A DNA stretch of 64,000 nucleotides from Deltaproteobacteria bacterium (lineage in GTDB: Bacteria; Bdellovibrionota; UBA2394): contig JAFLCD010000003.1 in assembly GCA_017302715.1 (NCBI GenBank), positions 83,154 through 147,153 of the forward strand. The letters are read 5' to 3'. The position numbers and the translations under genes are program-made. Positions 38,740 to 47,599 of this stretch are shown one piece after another. Position 1 is the first letter of the stretch. Every line of letters begins with the position of its first letter. The notes beneath the pieces are model-generated. The model saw nothing but the letters and a program-made list of their open reading frames with translations, made no database searches and had not been told where the DNA came from.

Positions 38740-39241
38740 TCGTCTTAGGATTACAGAGCTTTAGGATTTCATCCACCGATTTTAACTGTTTAGAAGTTTC
38801 GGCATCCGGCGCGTCCGAAATTGCGACCAGATATTGCTGCTCACCGCATTTTCGATAAATATCGTTGATCTCAAACGGAAGTATAAAAAAGAAAAGTCCA
38901 GCGACACGATCTAAGCGCAGATCTGAGCTGATGTCGTAGGCATTATGTGTGCTCATCACCATAAGTGAAGTAAGTAACATGACAGCGACGTCCGCAATTT
39001 TTTCGGCTTCGGTTGGCTCTCGTTTAATAATTTTATCTTTTTTGATCGAGGCGGGATCAGCGGAATATTTTTCTAAGACTTCAGGATTCTGAAGTGTGAG
39101 AGAGAGGTCGTCATTTAAATGAAAATTAATTTTTATTTTTGCGATGCTACCATCGGAATTTTTAGTATAAAACTCCTGCGAGAATGCCGCGCCTGAAAAT
39201 AAAAAGAGCCCAAGAAAAACAGATAGTGAAATAGATTTCAT
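38726..39241 (-). CDS. hypothetical secreted protein
   Basis: 171 aa with a signal peptide (MKSISLSVFLGLFLFSGAAFSQ). No motifs. Confidence 0.45.
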   Translation of the reverse strand: MKSISLSVFLGLFLFSGAAFSQEFYTKNSDGSIAKIKINFHLNDDLSLTLQNPEVLEKYSADPASIKKDKIIKREPTEAEKIADVAVMLLTSLMVMSTHNAYDISSDLRLDRVAGLFFFILPFEINDIYRKCGEQQYLVAISDAPDAETSKQLKSVDEILKLCNPKTSEPS

Positions 39242-39327
39242 AAATAGCCCCCCTCAAAGCTAAAAATATTGGCGTGCATTTCTGCTAAATCTGCACACCG
39301 TCGGTCCACTAAATAGCCTGACCATGA

Positions 39328-40350
39328 TCATCCTAGTCGCAGCGGTGGAGAAGTGGAAAGCAAAGTCTGATGACGCAGCGTGTAAAAATGATCATGCCAT
39401 TGTCTGTGATGGTTTGTGCAGAGTAAGACGAGATTCGCTGGTGAATTCGTACCTCCCTGACTGACCGGAACTCGATGATGAATATCTATATAATGAGAGC
39501 TTTCGCATTTAAGTCCGTTAGCTTTCCTAAACTGACACTGGCTTTTGTCCCTTTGAAAGACAAAGACTCTCGTAACAGGCGAAATCGGAATTCTAACCTT
39601 CAATTTATTTAAGTTCTTCACAAGTGGTCCCGGGACCACTTGTGAAAGCTCTTGTGAGAGCGATTCGGGCTCATTTTTATTCGGGAGAATCTCTGCACTC
39701 TTGGCGCTAATTGATTTTAATTCCTTCTCCCGAGTCGTTTTTGAGACGTCCTTTAAATTTTTCATCAGCGGATCATTTTTTTTCAAAAATTCATCCACAG
39801 TTTTTTCTAACGTCTGTTCAAGATTAAAATTAGTCCGTGATTTATTCGCACACAAAGTTTGAGCTCTCTTTATTTTCTTAAGCAATGAATCCGAAATTTC
39901 AATTCGAAATAGATTTCGATTTTCTGAGACCGGCCGAATAAATTCTCTTTGAATACTTTCTGGAAACTTCTTAGCTACTTCTTTTTCAAGTTCTACTCTT
40001 GTCATCGCAGTCGCCTTTGCAATCCATTCGCTTTGATTTTCTTTGGTTAAAATTGGAACAATTCGCCGCGCCTTTGAGACCGAAATATTTCCAGAAATAA
40101 TTTCTTTCTTGAGCTCAGGGATCTCTTTCACTTTTCGAGATATTTTTGAAAAAGTATAGGCATTCGCTTCAGAGAATTGCAGGGCCTCAACACAATAAGA
40201 AAATAAACTCGAATACCCTAAAGTTAAATAAATTTTCTCTTCGCTTACTTTTTCCAGGGTTTCTATAAGTTCGCCCTCGGTTTTTCGATAACATTGCGAG
40301 AGTGAAATAGCTTTTTCATGAATCTTATTTTGATCAGAATTTAATTTCAT
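39328..40350 (-). CDS. HNH endonuclease domain protein (N-terminal DUF222-like region + C-terminal HNH)
   Basis: C-terminal CQFR.ANGLKCESSHYIDIHHRVPVSQGGTNSPANLVLLCTNHHRQWH (HNH with zinc-ligand cysteines). Start set to MKLNSDQ, which has an AAGGAG RBS 7 nt upstream on the minus strand. Confidence 0.65.
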   Translation of the reverse strand: MKLNSDQNKIHEKAISLSQCYRKTEGELIETLEKVSEEKIYLTLGYSSLFSYCVEALQFSEANAYTFSKISRKVKEIPELKKEIISGNISVSKARRIVPILTKENQSEWIAKATAMTRVELEKEVAKKFPESIQREFIRPVSENRNLFRIEISDSLLKKIKRAQTLCANKSRTNFNLEQTLEKTVDEFLKKNDPLMKNLKDVSKTTREKELKSISAKSAEILPNKNEPESLSQELSQVVPGPLVKNLNKLKVRIPISPVTRVFVFQRDKSQCQFRKANGLKCESSHYIDIHHRVPVSQGGTNSPANLVLLCTNHHRQWHDHFYTLRHQTLLSTSPPLRLG

Positions 40351-40473
40351 TTTCCGCTCCTTACTTTCTCTATTTTTGCTCTCGCGAATTAAAATTTTTT
40401 TCAAAATTTTCTTTCTGGCGCATGGATAAAGCAGCGGTGAGATTTAGCAAGGGAAAAATATTTAATTGAGCGA

Positions 40474-40521
40474 CCAAAAAACAAGAAAAAGATCTTCAGG
40501 AATCTTTTTCTTGTTTTTTGG
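40474..40521 (+). promoter_or_regulatory. perfect 20-bp inverted repeat hairpin followed by T-run in prfC 5' leader (attenuator/terminator-like)
   Basis: CCAAAAAACAAGAAAAAGAT-cttcaggaa-TCTTTTTCTTGTTTTTTGG, then TTTTGG. It lies between the divergent HNH and prfC starts. Confidence 0.5.
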
Positions 40522-40549
40522 TTTTGGAGCCGATAATTCATAAAAAATT

Positions 40550-42151
40550 GTGAGTTCGAATTATCAAACACGCAGAACCTTCTGCATCATCTCTCACCCC
40601 GACGCCGGTAAGACCACGCTCACTGAAAAGCTGCTCCTCTTTGGAGGTGCCATTCAGATTGCTGGAACCGTAAAGGCGAGAAAAGCGGCACGCTATGCCA
40701 CAAGTGACTGGATGGAGATTGAGAAGCAGCGGGGAATTTCGGTAACTTCGAGTGTTCTTCAATTTGAATACGGCGGATGTCATTTAAATTTGCTCGATAC
40801 TCCAGGCCATAAAGATTTTAGTGAAGACACTTATCGCGTGATCACAGCGGTCGATTCGGCGCTTATGGTGGTCGATGGAGCGAAGGGTATCGAAGAGCAA
40901 ACGAAAAAACTCATGGAAATTTGCTCGCAGCGAAAAATTCCTGTCATCACTTTTATCAATAAACTCGATCGCGAATGCAAGTCTCCGATTGAGTTACTCG
41001 ATGAAATTGAATCTGTTTTAAAAATCAAAACTTCTCCGATCACATGGCCGCTTCGGTCAGGAAAAAGTTTTCAGGGTGTTTATGATTTTTATAAAAAAGT
41101 TTTTGCTAAATTTGACCCGGATAAAGAGCGACCTGAAGAAATTTCTGTAGAGGGTCTAAAAGATAAACGCTGGCAGGATTGGCTCGCTCCCGATTTGTTC
41201 GAAGAGTTTCAAGAACAGACCGAACTCGTTCAAGGAGTTTACGATAAGTTTGATGCTCAGAAATTTTTGAATGGTCAAATCACTCCCGTATTTTTTGGAT
41301 CAGCGATTAACAATTTCGGTGTCGAGATGCTGCTTCGAAAATTTTGCGAAGTTGCGCCGGCTCCAAGTGAGCGACTCGCACTCGAGAGAATTGTTGAACC
41401 AGGTGAAAAAGATTTTTCGGGATTCATTTTTAAGATTCAAGCCAATATGGATGCTCGTCACCGAGATCGTATCGCGTTTTTACGCGTCTGCTCCGGAAAT
41501 TTTGAAAAATCCATGGAAGCTTATCATGTGCGCCTTAAGAAAAAATTTCGCGTAGGTAATACCTTTCAGTTTATGGCTTCTCAGCGCACTCAGGTTGAAG
41601 AGGCGACGGCGGGAGATATTCTCGGTCTCTATGATACTGGCGATTTTAAAATAGGGGATACAATTACGCAGAAAGAAAATCTTTCTTATTTAGGTATTCC
41701 AAGTTTTGCGCCTGAGCTTTTTCGAAAAGTAATTTTAACCAGCCCTCTTAAATCGAAGCAACTTCATCGTGGACTTCAACAGCTTTGTGAAGAGGGTGCG
41801 TCTCAAGTTTTTTATCCGGTAAATACAAATGACATTGTTGTCGGAGTGGTCGGCCAACTTCAATTTGAAGTCATTCAATTTCGTTTAGAGAAAGAATACG
41901 GAGCAGGGGCTAAATTTGAAACTTGTGCTTACAAACTTGCGCGCTGGGTTTTGCCTAAACCTGAACATAAAGATAAATTTCAATCGACACTCGATGCGCT
42001 CGCTCGATCATACGACACTCTTCTTTCTAAAGACGCTGAAGAGCGCTGGGCCATTTTGTGTTCATCTGAATATGCACTCAACAAAGCTCAAGAGAGATTT
42101 CCTGAAGTTACTTTTGCGAGAACGTCGGAGCTGGTAAGCCGCGAGGGCTAA
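40550..42151 (+). CDS. prfC: peptide chain release factor 3
   Basis: 533 aa translational GTPase (G1 HPDAGKTT, DTPGH, NKLD) with RF3-specific domains. GTG start. Confidence 0.9.
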   Translation: MSSNYQTRRTFCIISHPDAGKTTLTEKLLLFGGAIQIAGTVKARKAARYATSDWMEIEKQRGISVTSSVLQFEYGGCHLNLLDTPGHKDFSEDTYRVITAVDSALMVVDGAKGIEEQTKKLMEICSQRKIPVITFINKLDRECKSPIELLDEIESVLKIKTSPITWPLRSGKSFQGVYDFYKKVFAKFDPDKERPEEISVEGLKDKRWQDWLAPDLFEEFQEQTELVQGVYDKFDAQKFLNGQITPVFFGSAINNFGVEMLLRKFCEVAPAPSERLALERIVEPGEKDFSGFIFKIQANMDARHRDRIAFLRVCSGNFEKSMEAYHVRLKKKFRVGNTFQFMASQRTQVEEATAGDILGLYDTGDFKIGDTITQKENLSYLGIPSFAPELFRKVILTSPLKSKQLHRGLQQLCEEGASQVFYPVNTNDIVVGVVGQLQFEVIQFRLEKEYGAGAKFETCAYKLARWVLPKPEHKDKFQSTLDALARSYDTLLSKDAEERWAILCSSEYALNKAQERFPEVTFARTSELVSREG

Positions 42152-43047
42152 TCAGCCCCAGTCATTAAATTTTCTTTGTAAGATTTATTTAGTTTTTGTA
42201 GATGAATGAGAACTTCTTTAAGTTCTGCATATTTACTTTCGCTGAATTTTTTTTCAAATACATTAAACAGTTCTGATTGAGCGTATTGTCCTAATAAATT
42301 CAAGACGGCTTCATTTTTATTTTTCACGGCAAGTGCCATTGTCTGTTCGCCCTGAGCCGAAATGCTTTCATAGGCTGCCGCTAAATTAACAGCACAAGAT
42401 TCTTTTAGTTTTTGATTTTCAGTGGTTGCATAGACTCGCTCAATAATTTCTCGGCTCGAAATATTTTCATATGCGGTAGCTTTTAAAAAATCGGCAACAG
42501 GCATTTCAGCATAAAAATTATCTATTTTTACTTCGGTAATGCGAAACTGAGCTTCGGCTGTCGAAATATCTAGACCTTGTTTTCCAAGAGCGAGGAGCCC
42601 TTGCTTCAGTGCCCACGGAGTTGGGATATAATGACCTGACAAATTTGAAATTAATTTTATTTTACCATTCTCGATTGTGATTCTGCCTGCAAGTGCGACG
42701 GCTTCTCCTCGTAGCAAACTGGAATGACGTAAATTTTGATTAGAAATAGAATCAGGTAAAATAATAACGGAGCCGCTAGAATCCATTACAAAAATAGAAG
42801 TTTGATTAAGTAATTCTCCTTGGCTGTTTAATGCCAACCCATTTTTAAATTGAACTCTCCCTTCTTCCGTTTGCTTTTCGTTTAAATAGTAAACATTTTT
42901 TCTATCTGACTCGGAATAGTGGGAGAGCATAGCAGTGGTTCTGAGACAGATATCTGGAACTCGACGAGCTTCAACTTCAAATGGACTGATAGCTCCAAAT
43001 GATAAGAATAAAATGCCAATGGCAAATTTAGCCCACGACTTAACCAC
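42148..43047 (-). CDS. hypothetical secreted protein
   Basis: 299 aa with a signal peptide (MVKSWAKFAIGILFLSFGAIS). No motifs. Confidence 0.45.
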   Translation of the reverse strand: MVKSWAKFAIGILFLSFGAISPFEVEARRVPDICLRTTAMLSHYSESDRKNVYYLNEKQTEEGRVQFKNGLALNSQGELLNQTSIFVMDSSGSVIILPDSISNQNLRHSSLLRGEAVALAGRITIENGKIKLISNLSGHYIPTPWALKQGLLALGKQGLDISTAEAQFRITEVKIDNFYAEMPVADFLKATAYENISSREIIERVYATTENQKLKESCAVNLAAAYESISAQGEQTMALAVKNKNEAVLNLLGQYAQSELFNVFEKKFSESKYAELKEVLIHLQKLNKSYKENLMTGAD

Positions 43048-43148
43048 GAGCTTCTATTTTGCAATTCCGATGCCAGTAAAATCCACACAAACTAGGGTTT
43101 TAACGTCTTTTATCCGTTCATCTTAAATAGCTATGAAAACTTTTCTAA

Positions 43149-43223
43149 GGGGTCGGGTTAAAAAGGTGCCAGGTCGGCACTGAAGATTTAATAGCTGACC
43201 TGGCACCTTTTTAACCCGACCCC
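43149..43223. repeat. 75-nt palindromic repeat element, copy 1 (27-bp perfect arms, 21-nt loop)
   Basis: GGGGTCGGGTTAAAAAGGTGCCAGGTC...GACCTGGCACCTTTTTAACCCGACCCC. A second, imperfect copy lies at 45601..45688. It is GC-rich in an AT-rich background. Confidence 0.75.
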
Positions 43224-43393
43224 TAAAAATTATTGCGGCGCCCAAAGCTGATCGTCATATTATTATATAGTTATACAGATTCTTGCAGATCAACGGGGCC
43301 AAGCAATTCGCACCAGAGATTTTCAAGAGTTTGAAACCGAAAATTTTTAAAAAGGTTCAAGTGATTGAGCTTTTAAAAGATGAAAGGAAAATT

Positions 43394-45595
43394 ATGTCTG
43401 CACGCCAATCGGCTATTGCTACTGCTATTTCACGTCAAATTAGAAAAATCGAAAGACCAAAAGATTTAACCGGCAAGATTCTTGCGGTGAACGAATATTT
43501 TGGTGAGGCCACATTTGGTCTCGATCAAATCAAAGAGCGTCTCGCCAAAGATTCTTATGAATCTTTGATGGCCATGGTTCATAAGGGCGCTCGTCTTCCT
43601 AAAAATGTTTCGGACGAAATCGCCAACGTCATCAAAGATTGGGCGATCAGCCAAGGTGTCACTCACTTTTGTCACTGGTTTCAACCGATGACCGGTTTGA
43701 CGGCCGAAAAACACGATGCGTTTATTTCAACTCGAACTTCTGAAACCGGCCAAACGATGGTGCTCGAAAAATTTTCTGGCGCGGCACTCATTCAGTCAGA
43801 ACCGGATGCGAGTTCTTTTCCCAGTGGTGGAATGAGATCCACTTTCGAAGCTCGCGGATATACGGCATGGGATCCAACGAGTCCACTTTTTGTGATGGAA
43901 ACGACGAACGGAAAAACGCTCTGCATTCCGTCTGCGTTTTTAAGTTATCACGGTCATGCGCTCGATACAAAAACCCCACTGCTTCGATCGACCGAAGCGC
44001 TTTCAAAACACGCTGTAAAATTTTTGAAGATGCTTGGCGATGTGGATATCAACGGAGTGACTACAACTCTCGGTGTTGAACAAGAATATTTTTTAGTCGA
44101 TCGTGCGATGTTTTCGTTGCGACCTGATTTAATAATGACGGGCCGAACTTTGCTTGGTCGAGCTTCGACTCGTGGTCAGCAATTCGAAGATCATTATTTT
44201 GGTTCCATTCCTGCGCGCGTTTTAGCGTTCATGCATGAAATCGAACAAGAGCTCTATAAACTTGGCGTACCGATCAAGACTCGTCACAACGAAGTTGCAC
44301 CTGCGCAATTTGAACTCGCTCCGATTTTTGAAGATTCAAATTTAGCGGTCGACCACAACTCGTTGACGATGGATGTGCTTTGTCGCGTGGCTCTTCGACA
44401 TGATCTCGTTTGTTTGCTTCACGAGAAACCTTTTGCAGGAATCAACGGAAGCGGAAAACATAACAACTGGAGTCTCTCCACTCAAAGAGGCGAAAATCTT
44501 TTGGAGCCCGGAAAAACTCCTCACCAAAATTTGCGATTTTTAGCCGTGCTAGCGACGGTGCTTAAAGGAGTTTATGAACATTCCGATGCGCTTCGAGTGG
44601 GCATTGCCGCTGCAGGAAATGATCATCGTTTAGGGGCGAACGAAGCTCCTCCCGCCATCATCAGTGCGTTTCTTGGCGACAGCTTAAGCAAAATTTTAGA
44701 TCGAATCGAAAGTGGCGCTATCGTTGAAGATTCTGCTGAAGAAGCCATCATCAATCTCGGCGTTTCAAAACTTCCTGTGGTCGCTCGCGATAATACTGAT
44801 CGAAATCGAACTTCGCCGTTTGCTTTCACCGGAAATAAATTTGAATTTCGCGCTGTTGGATCTTCAGCGAATTGCGCTGTTCCCACTTCGATTTTAAATA
44901 CGGCAGTTGCAGATGCATTCGCGCAGATGTCAGAGCGGCTTGAGAAAAAACTTTCGCAGACCAAATCAAGAGATGAGGCCGTGCTTGCTTTGATTAAAGA
45001 AGTGATCAAAGAAACGAAAGCGATTCGTTTTGAGGGAAATAATTATTCAGACGAATGGAAAGCCGAAGCAAAAAAGCGCGGGCTACCAAATCTGACGACC
45101 ACTCCAGAAGCTTTAAGTGTTTTCGAAAATCCAAAGGCCATGAGTTTTTTAACTAAATACAATGTGCTTTCGGAAGATGAAATCAAAGCTCGCCACAATA
45201 TTATGCTTGAGCGTTACATCAAGCAGATCGAGATGGAAGCGGCGACCGTGATGGAGCTTACGCATACTCATGTGCTTCCTGCGGTTGAGGCTGAAGTCGA
45301 GCGATTGGGAAATATGGCGAAGACGATAAAAGAAGCCGGTGAATCGATTTCGCTCGATCGATTAGAAAATATAAAATCGATTTATGAAAATCTTTTAAAA
45401 GCTGAAAGCTCTCTTCAAAAAGAATTTGAATCAGCTGTTCAAATTCATGACGAATCTAAAAAAGCGAGCGCGCTTAGTACAAAAGTTTTACCGCTGATGC
45501 AAAATTTGCGAGATATCGCCGACGACGCTGAAGGCCGCATCTCAGACTCTGCTTGGAGCTTACCTAAATATCGAGAAATTTTGTTCGTGAAGTAA
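43394..45595 (+). CDS. glnN: glutamine synthetase type III
   Basis: About 733 aa from the MSARQSA start. GSIII-like N-terminus (HFCHWFQPMTG) and a GS catalytic core; length matches GlnN-type enzymes. Confidence 0.8.
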   Translation: MSARQSAIATAISRQIRKIERPKDLTGKILAVNEYFGEATFGLDQIKERLAKDSYESLMAMVHKGARLPKNVSDEIANVIKDWAISQGVTHFCHWFQPMTGLTAEKHDAFISTRTSETGQTMVLEKFSGAALIQSEPDASSFPSGGMRSTFEARGYTAWDPTSPLFVMETTNGKTLCIPSAFLSYHGHALDTKTPLLRSTEALSKHAVKFLKMLGDVDINGVTTTLGVEQEYFLVDRAMFSLRPDLIMTGRTLLGRASTRGQQFEDHYFGSIPARVLAFMHEIEQELYKLGVPIKTRHNEVAPAQFELAPIFEDSNLAVDHNSLTMDVLCRVALRHDLVCLLHEKPFAGINGSGKHNNWSLSTQRGENLLEPGKTPHQNLRFLAVLATVLKGVYEHSDALRVGIAAAGNDHRLGANEAPPAIISAFLGDSLSKILDRIESGAIVEDSAEEAIINLGVSKLPVVARDNTDRNRTSPFAFTGNKFEFRAVGSSANCAVPTSILNTAVADAFAQMSERLEKKLSQTKSRDEAVLALIKEVIKETKAIRFEGNNYSDEWKAEAKKRGLPNLTTTPEALSVFENPKAMSFLTKYNVLSEDEIKARHNIMLERYIKQIEMEAATVMELTHTHVLPAVEAEVERLGNMAKTIKEAGESISLDRLENIKSIYENLLKAESSLQKEFESAVQIHDESKKASALSTKVLPLMQNLRDIADDAEGRISDSAWSLPKYREILFVK

Positions 45596-45600
45596 AATTG

Positions 45601-45688
45601 GGGGTCGGGTTAAAAAGGTGCCAGGTCAGCCAATTTGTTTTTCGGTGCTGACCTGGCACCTTTTCTGGTTCCTTTTCCGGCCGACCCC
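45601..45688. repeat. palindromic repeat element, copy 2 (imperfect; right arm carries ~14-nt insertion)
   Basis: GGGGTCGGGTTAAAAAGGTGCCAGGTCAGC...GCTGACCTGGCACCTTTT-ctggttccttttcc-GGCCGACCCC. It fills the gap between the convergent glnN stop and the YiiX-like gene stop, so it probably acts as a terminator. Confidence 0.7.
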
Positions 45689-46396
45689 TTATTCAAAATA
45701 TTTTTCTTTGCCTTGCAAATAAATCCCCAGTGGAGAAATCCCGAGCTTGCCCTCAGGAGTTTTCATTCCGATTTTTTTAAAATAATCGTCCCATGCTTTT
45801 CTGGCGATACTGCCAGGTTTTCCAAAAGTCATCGGGGTTAACGCAAAAAATCCACTGCCTACGCTCGAGCCACTCACGCCAGAAAAAAAAGATTCGTAGA
45901 CCAAACTCGAGCAATAATATTTTCCTCCACCCATTAAAAATTCTGAATCATAAGGCTTTCCCAATAATCTTCTCGCTCGTTGAACTGCCGCTAAAACCTG
46001 TGGGCGAAATTCTCGTTTAAACCGGCCGATATAAAATCCATCTTTTTCATTTTCGCCTCCCTTCACTCGTTCTAAAACTTCTGCCAAAGGTGTACGAATC
46101 ACTCCGCCATTTGGCCAAGCCTCAAACACAAAAGTGCCGTGCTTTCCATTGGACTCTAAAATTCCAACATGACTTAAATCTGGGCCTGTTACTTTGAATT
46201 GGCGTTTTGTCGCGTCGGCGATCGCTGAGCAAAGCCCGCGGCATTTCATATCGAGAAAAATCAGATCGCCCGTGTGGATATTGGCGATCTTTACCGCATT
46301 TGCACTGGCTCTAGAGCCCGCCGGATAAACAACCGGATAAAGAATGAGAGCTAAGAAAACTCTAACCAGAAGGAGTTGGACATACCTGCGATTCAT
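45689..46396 (-). CDS. secreted YiiX/YaeF-like permuted papain-fold protein (peptidase C92 family candidate)
   Basis: Signal peptide, then TGDLIFLDMKCRGLCSAIADATKRQFKVTGPDLSHVGIL, which resembles the GDLIF...SH(V/A)GI core of the DUF830/YiiX family. Start set at MNRRYVQ. Confidence 0.5.
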   Translation of the reverse strand: MNRRYVQLLLVRVFLALILYPVVYPAGSRASANAVKIANIHTGDLIFLDMKCRGLCSAIADATKRQFKVTGPDLSHVGILESNGKHGTFVFEAWPNGGVIRTPLAEVLERVKGGENEKDGFYIGRFKREFRPQVLAAVQRARRLLGKPYDSEFLMGGGKYYCSSLVYESFFSGVSGSSVGSGFFALTPMTFGKPGSIARKAWDDYFKKIGMKTPEGKLGISPLGIYLQGKEKYFE

Positions 46397-46414
46397 GTTA
46401 GTTTTCCGTTCTAC

Positions 46415-46636
46415 ATGGCTAGAGATGATCTCGTAAAGGTAGAAGGAGTTGTAACCGATGTCGCGGCTGGCGGCATTTACAGGGTAAAACTCGATATGAA
46501 CCAGCAAGAACTCAATGCAAAACTCTGCGGAAAAATGCGCCGATTCAGTATTAAAGTTTTACCTGGAGATAAAGTGACCATTGGTCTTTCGCCCTACGAT
46601 CTTACTCACGGGCTGATTCTCTATCGAAACGAATAA
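46415..46636 (+). CDS. infA: translation initiation factor IF-1
   Basis: MARDDLVKVEGVVTDVAAGGIYRVKLDMNQQELNAKLCGKMRRFSIKVLPGDKVTIGLSPYDLTHGLILYRNE aligns along its whole length with the bacterial IF-1 S1-like fold. Confidence 0.9.
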   Translation: MARDDLVKVEGVVTDVAAGGIYRVKLDMNQQELNAKLCGKMRRFSIKVLPGDKVTIGLSPYDLTHGLILYRNE

Positions 46637-46642
46637 AAATCT

Positions 46643-47599
46643 TCACGAATGCAAATCTTCTAGCTTCTCTAAACTTTCAAGCGCCACGCATTTTGCATCT
46701 GGCAAAGTTTTCTTAAGAATACCCGTGAGAACTTTTCCGGAGCCGACCTCAACAAAATTTTTGCAGCCTTGAGCTTCTGCAAATTTTAAACAACTTTCAA
46801 ATCGAACCGTTTGATAAACTTGCTTCACCAGATTATCTACAATCTCGGCAGATTCTGTTTCTGGCTTCGCTGTGACATTCGACAAAACATTTACTTCGGG
46901 CTTATGCCATTTCGTTTCAAAAAGTGCGGGCTTCAAAGCTTCGCCCGCAGATTTTAAAAGCGAGCAATGAAACGGACCTGAAACTTCAAGCGGCATCACC
47001 ATTCGAAGTCCAAATTCTTTTCCTCGCTTCACGGCTTCTTCGATAGCGCGAGCATGACCTGACACCACAACCTGGCCAGGATTATTTAAAACTGATGGCT
47101 CAAGAACTGCGCCCAATGATTTTGAAATCTCCAAACAAATTTTTTCTGCAGTTTCTAAATTGGCGCCGATCAAAGCAGCCATTCCACCTTCGCCAAGTGG
47201 AACTGCATTTTGCATTAAGCGTCCTCGCAACTGAACGAGCTTCACTGCATCTTGAAAAGAAAGTGCGCCTGAAAAAACAAGTGCAGAATATTCTCCGAGC
47301 GAATGACCGATCGCGAGTGTGGCGCGAATGCCTTTTCCTTTGAGCCATCTCGCCATTGCCGTGCTGACGGTAAGTAGAGCCGGCTGAGTGATTTCGGTTT
47401 CTTTTAATTTTTCGGCGGGACCGGTTTCGATGATCTGAGAAAGAGAAAAGCCGATGCTGGCATCGGCTTCTCGTAAAGTTTCTTTAAATATAGCTTCGAA
47501 TTCTGGAAATCGCTGACTTAAGGCGTGTCCCATACCCACAGACTGGGATCCTTGTCCTGGAAAAAGGAACGTGAGCTGCTTTGATTGGTCAGCTGCCAT
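46643..47599 (-). CDS. fabD: malonyl CoA-ACP transacylase
   Basis: FLFPGQGSQSVGMG, active-site GHSLGEYSALV, 318 aa. Confidence 0.9.
   Translation of the reverse strand: MAADQSKQLTFLFPGQGSQSVGMGHALSQRFPEFEAIFKETLREADASIGFSLSQIIETGPAEKLKETEITQPALLTVSTAMARWLKGKGIRATLAIGHSLGEYSALVFSGALSFQDAVKLVQLRGRLMQNAVPLGEGGMAALIGANLETAEKICLEISKSLGAVLEPSVLNNPGQVVVSGHARAIEEAVKRGKEFGLRMVMPLEVSGPFHCSLLKSAGEALKPALFETKWHKPEVNVLSNVTAKPETESAEIVDNLVKQVYQTVRFESCLKFAEAQGCKNFVEVGSGKVLTGILKKTLPDAKCVALESLEKLEDLHS

Noticed and set aside
43165-43215. CTGGCACC strings inside the palindromic repeats looked like sigma-54 -24 elements (TGGCAC) upstream of glnN
   Set aside because: No TTGCW -12 element at the required 5-nt spacing. 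The TGGCAC is simply part of the inverted-repeat arm and recurs in the downstream copy, where no promoter is expected.
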